NCBI GenBank assembly: GCA_963710995.1
Contig: CAVQCU010000212.1
Span: forward strand, 32,084-96,083
Length of the DNA stretch: 64,000 nt
From: an uncultured delta proteobacterium
Lineage (GTDB): Bacteria; Desulfobacterota; Syntrophia; Syntrophales; Smithellaceae
Direction: 5' to 3'
Under the pieces are notes generated by a model. That model did no database searches. It had not been told where the DNA came from and saw only the letters and a list, made by a program, of their open reading frames with translations. Below are positions 9,556-17,909 of this stretch, one piece after another. Made by a program: the position numbers and the translations under genes. The number at the start of each line of letters is the position of its first letter. The first letter of the stretch is position 1.

Positions 9556-9983
9556 TCAACATCTCCTGTTATTTAGAAGCGTAATTTAAAATACTACCGA
9601 ATTTATAATCTGAAAGAGAAAAATTTTTTAGTGGAAGTCTGTCTGGAAAAGCCGGCTTTGATTGTAAAGTTATTTATCCAAATTTGCTTTTCTTCATTTT
9701 ACCGCACTAAATTTTTAGGTACCTCTCAGCTCTTGATTACAACTCGTTTTTCTATGTAAAGAGCTTGTCTCAGCTACCGAATTAGACGAGGTCCAATCGG
9801 CACGGGTCTGCTAACATAATTTGATTAACCTGTCAAGAGCATAAGCTTATTTTTTTTAATTTTTTCCGCTAAATTATTGATATAAAATCACTAAAAAATG
9901 ACCGCCGTTCAGTGACCGGCGTCCATTCACAAGGTAATCATTTTTACAGATATCCATGCTTTTCACAAAATGCTTGTTTGACT

Positions 9984-10595
9984 TTAATAAATTGATAATG
10001 TTTCTGGAAGCGAGCTTAAATGATCTTCCATGAATTGCCAGATATCATCCCTGCCCTTTTGCGTTATTGTTGAAAAAAGGATGGGTTTTTTATCAGCCGA
10101 TACGCGCAGAATTCGTTCAATTGCGCGCTGGCGGGCGATAGCCTGATTATTGGATAATTTGTCGGTCTTGGTCAAAATATATAAATAAGGTATGCGGTAA
10201 TTTTCCAACCAGTCACGTAAAGACAAATCATCTTCACTGGGATCGCGCCGGATATCCAAAATTAAAACTACCAAAGCAAGGCTCAGCCTCTCCCGCAGAT
10301 AAGCTTCAATCATATCTCCCCAGTCTTTTTTCACCGACTGAGCAACCTTGGCAAAACCATAGCCGGGAAGATCAACAAACGACATCTTTTCGTTAATCGT
10401 GAAAAAATTGATCAACTGCGTACGCCCCGGAATATTGCTCGTCTTGGCTAATTTTTTGCGCCCGACAAGCGTGTTGATCAAAGATGATTTGCCGACGTTG
10501 GAACGTCCGACAAAAGCGATCTCCGGCAGTGTCGCCGGTGGATATTGAGGCGGCCAAACCGCGCTCTTTATAAATTCTGCACTGGTAATTTTCAT
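9984..10595 (-). CDS. engB: Ribosome-biogenesis GTPase YihA/EngB
   Basis: G1 GRSNVGKSS, G3 DLPGYG, G4 TKTD. Confidence 0.9.
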   Translation of the reverse strand: MKITSAEFIKSAVWPPQYPPATLPEIAFVGRSNVGKSSLINTLVGRKKLAKTSNIPGRTQLINFFTINEKMSFVDLPGYGFAKVAQSVKKDWGDMIEAYLRERLSLALVVLILDIRRDPSEDDLSLRDWLENYRIPYLYILTKTDKLSNNQAIARQRAIERILRVSADKKPILFSTITQKGRDDIWQFMEDHLSSLPETLSIY

Positions 10596-10612
10596 GTTCT
10601 AATACAACCGTC

Positions 10613-10632
10613 ATACCGGCGAAGGCCGGTAT
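10613..10632. repeat. Isolated perfect hairpin ATACCGGC-GAAG-GCCGGTAT
   Basis: 8-bp perfect stem read directly. The apex resembles the GCGAAGC-type apices of the arrays. Confidence 0.75.
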
Positions 10633-10647
10633 CCAATCCTTTCTTTC

Positions 10648-11208
10648 CTAATATGAGCCAAGAGGAGTCTTGACCTCTTCACGACCTTTAATTTCTGTAT
10701 TTTCTATTTTAGGTGGTTCTTCTTTAGCCGGTGTTACAACAGCAAATATTGGGAAAAGTTTATTATTTTTAAAAATATCAACAAGACCTTTTCTTACAAT
10801 CATTGCATCTTCTTCAATATCATTAAAAGCTTTTGACCGATAAAAGTCTCTTTTAATATCCGCTTTATTGAATTTATAGCCCAATGTATTTGCCATTTCG
10901 TATAATAAATCGCATAAAAACTCACTCTTCTTATCTTGCCATATCTTGTCATCATATTCAGTTTTTTGCCCTGGAGTATTGTAACTATAAAGATGGTTCA
11001 AATATGTTTTCCAACTACCTATTACTTTTTCATCACCATAAAATTCAATATCAATTTTATTGAGTGCCTCGACATGTAGCCTGGATAAGCCCTCTGCTCT
11101 TGTCGTCATTAATGTTCTAAAGATTTCTATCTTACGTTTTTTTACTTCCTGTTTATTGTTCCACCAGATATTTAATGAGAAGGCTAAAACTGAAATTAGA
11201 ATATTCAT
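10648..11208 (-). CDS. Hypothetical protein, N-terminal TM helix, in an AT-rich islet
   Basis: Long ORF with coherent composition and no recognisable catalytic motif. Visibly more AT-rich than its neighbours. Confidence 0.55.
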   Translation of the reverse strand: MNILISVLAFSLNIWWNNKQEVKKRKIEIFRTLMTTRAEGLSRLHVEALNKIDIEFYGDEKVIGSWKTYLNHLYSYNTPGQKTEYDDKIWQDKKSEFLCDLLYEMANTLGYKFNKADIKRDFYRSKAFNDIEEDAMIVRKGLVDIFKNNKLFPIFAVVTPAKEEPPKIENTEIKGREEVKTPLGSY

Positions 11209-11476
11209 CTTAGCCTCCTTGATTGGGATGCTAAAATCAGTATCATTAAACGTAGGAAAAATTAAGATAATTTTTATTTCTCGCTACGATTTCGCTACGG
11301 AAAAATATTAAAAGTATGGTTTTTTAGTGCCAAACATTCCTAAGGAGGATCATGGGGTCAAGTCTCTTCTTCGCTCATGTTTAAAACTACTCTGCTGGAA
11401 GAAATGGTGTCAGGTCTTGAAATAACAGTTTTCTTTCTTTTTCCATTGGCTATTTTCTCTCGTGGTAAATTTTCAC

Positions 11477-12013
11477 CTAAAAAAACAGAAGAAAACCATT
11501 GACAAAATAAACCACTCCTACCACTCCTGCGCCCATCCCGATTACCCAGACAATTTTCTTTTTCATTAAAGCGGCAATTGATGAAAGCAGGATAGCTATC
11601 TGCAAAAAGATAACAGCAAGGCCGAATACTCCGGAGTGCTTCTGGGCGTCATCTCTGAGCCCCTCCAACCTTTTCGCTTCTTTTGATATTTCCGCTTTTT
11701 CTCCATCATATTTTTTAATCTTTTGTGCGTACAGATCAATTTTCTTTTCGTATTCTTCTTGAAGAGTCTTGGCGCCTCTTATTTTATCCTTCTTAAATTC
11801 CAATTCCAAAGCTTCTTTTTGGATTTCATATAAGTAACCTTTTATACCCTTTGCCTGATAATAAGCCCATTGGTTCGTTGCCTGAGACTGAGAAAGCACG
11901 GCGCGTGTGGAATAGCCGGCCCCTTTAAAAGTTGAAAGTGTCGCGCAGACGGCAAGGATAACTGTTGTTAAGGCGAGATAATTTAGCCATTTTTCCTTTG
12001 GTTCTTCTGACAT
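11477..12013 (-). CDS. DUF4337-like membrane protein
   Basis: N-terminal TM, central coiled-coil-like K/E-rich region and C-terminal TMs. The pattern resembles DUF4337 as I remember it. Confidence 0.6.
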   Translation of the reverse strand: MSEEPKEKWLNYLALTTVILAVCATLSTFKGAGYSTRAVLSQSQATNQWAYYQAKGIKGYLYEIQKEALELEFKKDKIRGAKTLQEEYEKKIDLYAQKIKKYDGEKAEISKEAKRLEGLRDDAQKHSGVFGLAVIFLQIAILLSSIAALMKKKIVWVIGMGAGVVGVVYFVNGFLLFF

Positions 12014-12120
12014 AAAAAAATTTTACCTCCTTTTTTATTTGTTTCAATTGTTTCCTGGATTCCCTTGTCTCGCCCATGCTCGCATAACCTAAAGATCACA
12101 AGCGGGAATTACAACTTTTA

Positions 12121-12246
12121 GGGGCTTTTCAAAAATGCTTAGATGCGAGGCGCGCAAGCCTTGAGGAATGAGGCGTATTTATTCATACGCCGCAATGACG
12201 AAAGGCGTAGCGCAACGCAGCAGATGAGCGTTTTTCAAAAGCCCCC
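12121..12246 (+). repeat. PAL-1 element, copy 2
   Basis: GGGGCTTTTCAAAAA ... TTTTTCAAAAGCCCC ends. It abuts the regulator stop codon at 12247. The outer inverted pair AGCGGGAAT (12101-12109) / ATTCCCGCT (12249-12257) extends the palindrome into the CDS. Confidence 0.85.
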
Positions 12247-13647
12247 CTATTCCCGCTCAAAGGTAATCCCATACTTCTCCAACTTCCGTTCGAAGGTGGG
12301 CCGGGAAATCCCCAATACTTCGCAAATTTCCCCTTTATTTTTATCCGTCTCTTTGATGACTTTTCTTATGTAGCGGTCTTCCACTTCGTCCAGAGTTAAA
12401 AATTTGCCCGGCTCCACCTGTTTAAATAAATCCGCAGATGCCTCGCCCGGCAATTTAGAATTATCTTCTTTGCCCAATTCCGGAAAATCACTAACTCCCA
12501 AAACCTGCCCTTTGGCCACAACACAGGCGCGCACAAGCAGATTTTCCAGTTCCCGGATATTGCCCGGCCAATTATAATTCATGAAAATTTCCATCATTTC
12601 GTCGGAAATGCCGATGACCTTTTTGTGCAGATCCAAATTAATTTTTGCCAGTAAGTAGTCGATCAACGAAGGAATATCCTGGATGCGCGCGCGCAGCGGC
12701 GGTAAGTTAATGGCTACGATATTCAGACGATAATACAAATCATCGCGAAATTTTCCTTCATTAACCAAAGTCTTTAAATCTTTGTTGGTCGCGGCCATAA
12801 TCCGGGCGTTAACCTTGACCTTATCTTTCCCCCCCACTCTGTCGAATTCCATTTCCTGCAAAACTCGCAAAAGTTTCGCCTGCAGGTTGACGGACATTTC
12901 GCTGATTTCATCCAGAAAGACTGTGCCGAAACGAGCCAGTTCAAACTTGCCCAGTTTTCGGGCGATAGCGCCGGTGAAGGATCCCTTTTCATGACCGAAT
13001 AATTCCGATTCCAGCAGGGTTTCGACAATGGCCGAACAGTTGACCGCGATAAAGGGTTCGTCGGGTGACGTATTATGATGAATGACTTTGGCGATCAACT
13101 CCTTGCCTGTGCCGCTCTCACCCTGAATCAGCACAGTGGTGCGGCTCTGAGAAACAGTGCCGATAGTTTTAAATATATCCCGCATTTCGTTGCCGGTGCC
13201 GATTATATCTCCAACCCGGAAACTCCGTGACGGCTCCATTAAAAGTCCATCAATCTTTTTTTCCATTTCCAGAGATTTCAAGGCTTTTTTAATCGCCAGG
13301 TCCAGCTCATCGACATTTATAGGTTTATGAATATAATCAAACGCACCGCTCTTCATCGCGTTAATGGTTGTCTCCATATCGTGAAAAGCGGTGATCATGA
13401 TGACCTTGATGTTTTCATTTTCTTCTTTGAGATCTTCCAGAACAGTGAATCCGTCAACATCCGGCAGACGGATATCCAGAATGACAACATCAGAGGGGTC
13501 CTGTATATAATTATTCAAGCCTTCCGTGCCGGTCAGCGCGGTGCTAACTTTGTAACCTTCTTCAGTGAGATATAAATCAAGCGTTTCCACAATCGAAGCA
13601 TCATCATCAATAACAAGAATACTCGGCATAACCTTAACCTTCGCCAT
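12247..13647 (-). CDS. Sigma-54-dependent response regulator (NtrC family)
   Basis: REC domain, AAA+ Walker A GESGTGKE, GSFTGA sigma-54 contact loop, C-terminal Fis-type HTH. Confidence 0.9.
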   Translation of the reverse strand: MAKVKVMPSILVIDDDASIVETLDLYLTEEGYKVSTALTGTEGLNNYIQDPSDVVILDIRLPDVDGFTVLEDLKEENENIKVIMITAFHDMETTINAMKSGAFDYIHKPINVDELDLAIKKALKSLEMEKKIDGLLMEPSRSFRVGDIIGTGNEMRDIFKTIGTVSQSRTTVLIQGESGTGKELIAKVIHHNTSPDEPFIAVNCSAIVETLLESELFGHEKGSFTGAIARKLGKFELARFGTVFLDEISEMSVNLQAKLLRVLQEMEFDRVGGKDKVKVNARIMAATNKDLKTLVNEGKFRDDLYYRLNIVAINLPPLRARIQDIPSLIDYLLAKINLDLHKKVIGISDEMMEIFMNYNWPGNIRELENLLVRACVVAKGQVLGVSDFPELGKEDNSKLPGEASADLFKQVEPGKFLTLDEVEDRYIRKVIKETDKNKGEICEVLGISRPTFERKLEKYGITFERE

Positions 13648-13724
13648 TCAACGGATTTCTCAAACTTCGTGATCCGTTTTTATAATTTTAGTGGAGCCCC
13701 CTCTGGTAGGAGCCGGAGGCTCCC

Positions 13725-13802
13725 TATAATAACGCGACCTCCCGCGGGTTGCGGCTCATTCCTCTCCCGACTGGAGCCAATGGATTCCAAGTCGCGGGAT
13801 TA
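13725..13802 (+). repeat. R4 repeat, copy 1 (TATAATAACGCGACCTCC...GGATTCCAAGTCGCGGGATT)
   Basis: Aligns with 50092-50170 over its full length and with 23824-23873 over the 3' half. Confidence 0.8.
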
Positions 13803-16403
13803 ATCTCTTGGAATATGACGCCTTTCATTACTAGGCAATGTAACACAAACTTTCGTTCCTTTGTCCTTTTCACTGATAATTTCTATTTTACCTTGATGGA
13901 GGTCAACTATTTTTTTTACCAGGGAAAGGCCTAAACCAGTACCATAATTTTTCCGCGTAAAGAAAGGATTAAATATATGCGGCATGTCTGCCTCATCGAT
14001 GCCGCTGCCATTGTCTTTAATCTCCACGACCGCTGCCTGATGAGTTTCATCAAAATAACGCAACGAAACTAGAACTTTTCCATGTTCCTCTACTGCTTCT
14101 ACGGCATTACGGATAACATTTAAAAAAGCTCCAGCCATCATTGCCGCGTCAACTACTATGGGAGGAATATTGCCAAAATTTGTTTGCATCTCAATTTGTT
14201 TATCGGCAATTCCTTTTTCGGCCATAGCTATAGCCTGTTCCAACACTTTGGACAAATCCACAGGAATTTTTTTTGGTTCCACCGGTTTGGCAAAAGCTAA
14301 AACATTATTGACCAGCACCTCCAAATGGTCTACTTCTTTTTCAGCAATCTTAAATCTCTTCAAATCGTTTCCTTCAGGATTCATGCGTTTTGCCAATATT
14401 TGCAAACTCATTTTAATCGACGAAAGAGGATTGCGTACTTCATGAGCTATACCCGCCGAAAGCTGCCCCAAAGCCGACAACTTTTGACTTTCGTAAAGCT
14501 TTTTTTCCAGATTCTTGAATTCCGTAATATCGCGTTGAACCAGTATGTAATGATTGGTTCCGGTAACAGGAGAGGTGGTAATCAGAAGATTATGTTTGCG
14601 GCCGTCCTTGCTCGTTGCTTCAATTTCATAAGGGTCATAAACACCTTTTTTCGCAGCTTCCCATTTGGACAAAACGAAATCTTCGTATCCGGGCGCAACA
14701 AAATCCAAAAAGTATTTCCCTTTGAACTCACGGTTATGAATTATCCCTCCCTTTCTTAAACCAAGGCTCATATAGTTGATGATGCCGTTTTCATCCATCT
14801 CATAAATTTTATCCGGCAAACTATTTATTATCGACTGTAAATAGCTGTAAAGGTCTTCAATCTGTCGCCGCAGTTCAATATTCTCAACCAATTCATTATG
14901 CAATGTCTCGGCGTACTCGCTTAAACTTTTAGTCATTTCTCTTTCGCGCGAAACATCCTGCAGTGTTTCGATTGCCGCTATAATTTCCCTTTTTTCATCA
15001 TAAATAGGCGCCGCCAAAAAATACAAAATCCGGTTGCGGCCACCAAGATTTTCAAAATAATCTGTTGCTTCATAGGCGCCTAATACTTTGTCCGTTTTTT
15101 TTACTTTCTTTGTACCATAATATTTATTCAAATCTTCTATCTCGCTGTCGATAATTAAATCCGCAATAAGCGGCCTTTTGACTGAATAAAAAGGAACGTA
15201 ATGTTTATCAGTGCCAACCATATCTTCAGTCGAATAACCGGTAAGCTCCATGCAAGCGTGGTTCCATAAGATAACTTTGTGTTCCTTGTTGATAACAAAA
15301 GTGGGAATTGGCGAACCTTCAATAATGCCGTCTATAGTTTTCTTTTCCAGGAGCAGTTTTTCCTGCCAGTCCTCCCGCTCTTTTAATCTTTTCTTCTCTT
15401 CCTTGATGCGCAGTCTTTTACCCTCTTTATAGGCAAAAGACATACTGGCAATTATAACTACCCCTATGAGCAATAATGAAATAAAAAGCGTATAAACAAA
15501 AGTTTTACGAACGGGTGAAATTACCAGATTGTACGGAGCAACAACGAAAAGAACCCATTTTTTATCTCCCGCCTGCAACGGATAAAAAGCAACTACACTG
15601 CGCTGCTGTTTTTTATCACTCAGGCGCACCACTGCTTCAAAGTAATTACCATTAGCTGATGAAAAATCAATTTGCGCTCCTTTACCGTTGATCAATAGAT
15701 CTTTTATGTTTTTTCCGACAAATGCTGAATCGGGATGAATAATTATCTGTTGTTTTTCATCCATTAACCAGAGGTCTCCCAATTCATTATTTCTGGTTTG
15801 TTTTTCATATTTATCCACAACTGCCGATAGAGAAAAGGAGACTATCCATGCTCCGGCGAATTTGCCGTCCTGACGCCTCAGAGGGCAGCCGACCACCAGA
15901 TACCGATCCATTTTTTGTTTTAAACTGACTGCACGTGATCGTTCCGGTAAAGCCAAACCTAAATATTGTTTTTGTTCTTTCTGGAGAATCTTAAAGTGAT
16001 CAGACAAATTTATTGCCGGATAGATATTCTGCGGGTAAACGCTCCTTATCTTGCCTGCGGCATCAAACAGGACAATTGTATTAAAAGTGCTTTCCCAGCC
16101 GGAAGACAATATTTTGTAATAACTATCAATTTCTTCGGAAGATATTTTTAGCTGAGGATCAAAATGAGAAAATAAAGCAATATTTTTCCCGACCTGTGAA
16201 AAAATATCGGCCATTCTTGTTGCAGTATTTTGTACATTGGCAAGCTGCTGCCGACTGAACAGATCAACCATATCCTTTTCTCTGGCGCTGTTCACTGTCA
16301 AAGATAAAAGTAGAATCAGGATGATCACCGCTACACTGGCTAACCAGATGCGTACTTTTATAGCCTTATAGAAGAGTTTATTAATTTTACTGAATAAGGT
16401 CAC
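13800..16403 (-). CDS. Sensor histidine kinase with periplasmic Cache-like and cytoplasmic PAS domains
   Basis: H-box HEVRNPL, N-box NVIRNAVEA, DNGSGI, GTGLGLS. Two TM segments flank a ~290-aa extracytoplasmic region. GTG start. Confidence 0.9.
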   Translation of the reverse strand: MTLFSKINKLFYKAIKVRIWLASVAVIILILLLSLTVNSAREKDMVDLFSRQQLANVQNTATRMADIFSQVGKNIALFSHFDPQLKISSEEIDSYYKILSSGWESTFNTIVLFDAAGKIRSVYPQNIYPAINLSDHFKILQKEQKQYLGLALPERSRAVSLKQKMDRYLVVGCPLRRQDGKFAGAWIVSFSLSAVVDKYEKQTRNNELGDLWLMDEKQQIIIHPDSAFVGKNIKDLLINGKGAQIDFSSANGNYFEAVVRLSDKKQQRSVVAFYPLQAGDKKWVLFVVAPYNLVISPVRKTFVYTLFISLLLIGVVIIASMSFAYKEGKRLRIKEEKKRLKEREDWQEKLLLEKKTIDGIIEGSPIPTFVINKEHKVILWNHACMELTGYSTEDMVGTDKHYVPFYSVKRPLIADLIIDSEIEDLNKYYGTKKVKKTDKVLGAYEATDYFENLGGRNRILYFLAAPIYDEKREIIAAIETLQDVSREREMTKSLSEYAETLHNELVENIELRRQIEDLYSYLQSIINSLPDKIYEMDENGIINYMSLGLRKGGIIHNREFKGKYFLDFVAPGYEDFVLSKWEAAKKGVYDPYEIEATSKDGRKHNLLITTSPVTGTNHYILVQRDITEFKNLEKKLYESQKLSALGQLSAGIAHEVRNPLSSIKMSLQILAKRMNPEGNDLKRFKIAEKEVDHLEVLVNNVLAFAKPVEPKKIPVDLSKVLEQAIAMAEKGIADKQIEMQTNFGNIPPIVVDAAMMAGAFLNVIRNAVEAVEEHGKVLVSLRYFDETHQAAVVEIKDNGSGIDEADMPHIFNPFFTRKNYGTGLGLSLVKKIVDLHQGKIEIISEKDKGTKVCVTLPSNERRHIPRD

Positions 16404-16589
16404 CTAATCCTCTTTGTCCTTTTTATTTTCTTTTTGGGAGAGCTTAATCCCGATTAAGACATAAACCAGGATTGCTGCTGTCAGTGAAATAAGAAGTTTG
16501 GCCAAACCACTTTCAATTTTTAAAATATAAGAACAAATAAGCCATACGATGGGGTAAGTAACTGCCGTCAAAAGCTCCTGCATGATCAT
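16404..16589 (-). CDS. Small two-TM membrane protein (hypothetical)
   Basis: Its stop abuts the kinase start and there is an SD-like AAGGA before the second ATG. No homology recognised. Confidence 0.35.
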   Translation of the reverse strand: MIMQELLTAVTYPIVWLICSYILKIESGLAKLLISLTAAILVYVLIGIKLSQKENKKDKED

Positions 16590-16679
16590 CCTTTAATTAA
16601 AGCTACTCATAGTGTTTTATTTTAACAAAACCGATTTTTATGATACTAACGATCTTAGCGGAAAATTTCAATAAAAATA

Positions 16680-17131
16680 TAATGAGACTCGCTGAAAATG
16701 AGTCCCTAGTTTCGGAAGTATAACGCGCTGAAACTAGTTGGACGTAATGAGACTCAAATATTACAAATGCAGTGCAGTGATATTTGTAAGTCGAATTATC
16801 CAATAGCCAAAGGCTATTGGGAATTATACCAGGCGCTTAGCGCCGTGGTAAAACGAACGAAGTGAATAACCTAAAGGTCACTATAGATTTGAAGCGTTAG
16901 TCGTAATGAGGCTAAAACTTCAAAAACAAATCGCATTGAAGTTTTTAAGCCGAATTTTCCAATAGCCAAAGGCTATTGGAAATTAATGAAACTAAAATAT
17001 TACAGGCGTAGCGCAGTAATATTTGTTAGTTAAATTATCCCGCCGCAGGCGGAGGATATCGAAGATATCTGTGGTATCCCCGAAGCGAAGCGGGATTTAC
17101 GCCCCAAATTGTTTTGAAGCTCCTACACGTG
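16680..17131 (+). repeat. Hairpin-module array A
   Basis: Tandem TAATGAGNCT..AGNCG-framed hairpins, CCAATAGCC-AAA-GGCTATTGG twice (16800-16820, 16959-16979), and CCCGCC-GCA-GGCGGA. Modules are shared with arrays B-E. Confidence 0.85.
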
Positions 17132-17356
17132 ATTTGAATGTTTTATAGTAACCCATTTAACAAAACATTAAATCCGGTTTCAAATTGTCAGGGTTTTCCG
17201 TTTGTTAAATAACTTGCAGATATTTTCACATATGAAATTTTTTTATTTTTATTTTATTGTGAAGTGAAATAATCTCAATAAATTAGATCGACATTTTTTT
17301 CATAGCCGCGCTATTCAAATGAAATATTTAGAAATAATTTTTTCATACTAAAGTCA

Positions 17357-17372
17357 TGGCATAAGTCATGCA
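17357..17372 (+). promoter_or_regulatory. Sigma-54 (-24/-12) promoter TGGCATaagtcATGCA
   Basis: GG and GC are spaced exactly as in consensus TGGCAC-N5-TTGCW. It lies 112 nt upstream of the atpE ATG, with an NtrC-type activator gene adjacent and an AT-rich tract and palindrome (17132-17186) upstream. Confidence 0.65.
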
Positions 17373-17483
17373 ATAAGCCCAAGCAGACTAAAGTTTAAAT
17401 TATTTCTCTTTCCTTCGACTGCTCATTTATGTTATGGAAACAGGAAGTAATAATAAATAATTTATTAGGAAAGGAGACAAACA

Positions 17484-17858
17484 ATGTCACACAAATTTGG
17501 TAAAAGAATTTTAACAGCATTAACATCCGTTGCAGTTCTGCTAGTAGCGAGCCCGGTTGTTTTTGCCGCGGAAGCTATCCCGACAGGTGATCTTTACTCC
17601 AAAGCTATTTTTGCTGTGGGAGCAATGATTGCCGCAGGTATTGCTATTGGCGTGGGCGCCGTCGGCGCAGGTTTGGGTATTGGAACAGCAGCCAGTGGAG
17701 CATGCTCCGCAGTGGGAAGAAATCCAGGTGTTCAGGGAAAAATCATGATGACCATGCTGGTCGGTATGGCCATGGCTGAATCCATCGCGATTTATGCGCT
17801 GGTCGTTTCTCTGGTTCTTCTCTATGCCAACCCTTACATGCGTTATTTTTTGGGTTAA
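17484..17858 (+). CDS. atpE: F-type ATP synthase c subunit with signal-peptide-like N-terminal extension
   Basis: GRNPG loop, ion-binding helix MAESIAIYALVV, C-terminal LLYANPY. N-terminal KR-rich/hydrophobic/VFA-AE segment. Confidence 0.85.
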   Translation: MSHKFGKRILTALTSVAVLLVASPVVFAAEAIPTGDLYSKAIFAVGAMIAAGIAIGVGAVGAGLGIGTAASGACSAVGRNPGVQGKIMMTMLVGMAMAESIAIYALVVSLVLLYANPYMRYFLG

Positions 17859-17909
17859 TATTTAAAACAAGTTAACTACAAAATTAACAAAGGTTAGGGG
17901 GAAATAGTA

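Noticed and set aside
9815-9830. Sigma-54-like CGGCACgggtcTGCT in the hdr upstream spacer
   Set aside because: The GG-GC spacing is one nucleotide short, and the motif is on the plus strand with no downstream plus-strand gene.
9556-9983. Possible small RNA or Rex-type operator in the 428-bp spacer upstream of the hdrD-like gene
   Set aside because: There is only a 7-bp hairpin (AGCTCTT..AAGAGCT), a short direct repeat (TCTCAGCT twice) and a TTCACAA half-site. No full TTGTGA-N6-TCACAA palindrome or terminator-bounded unit could be supported.
12143-12373. Short ORFs inside repeats (12143-12373, 16603-16803, 19279-19500, 19335-19577, 19396-19743, 20440-20733)
   Set aside because: They are read through PAL-1 or hairpin arrays, where an open frame is expected by chance in low-complexity palindromic DNA. 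They have no SD or start context and no protein-like pattern.
16680-17131. Possible CRISPR array, suggested by many short repeats in tandem
   Set aside because: There is no single constant repeat alternating with unique spacers at a fixed period. Units differ in sequence and length, most are themselves palindromes, and no cas genes are present in the window.
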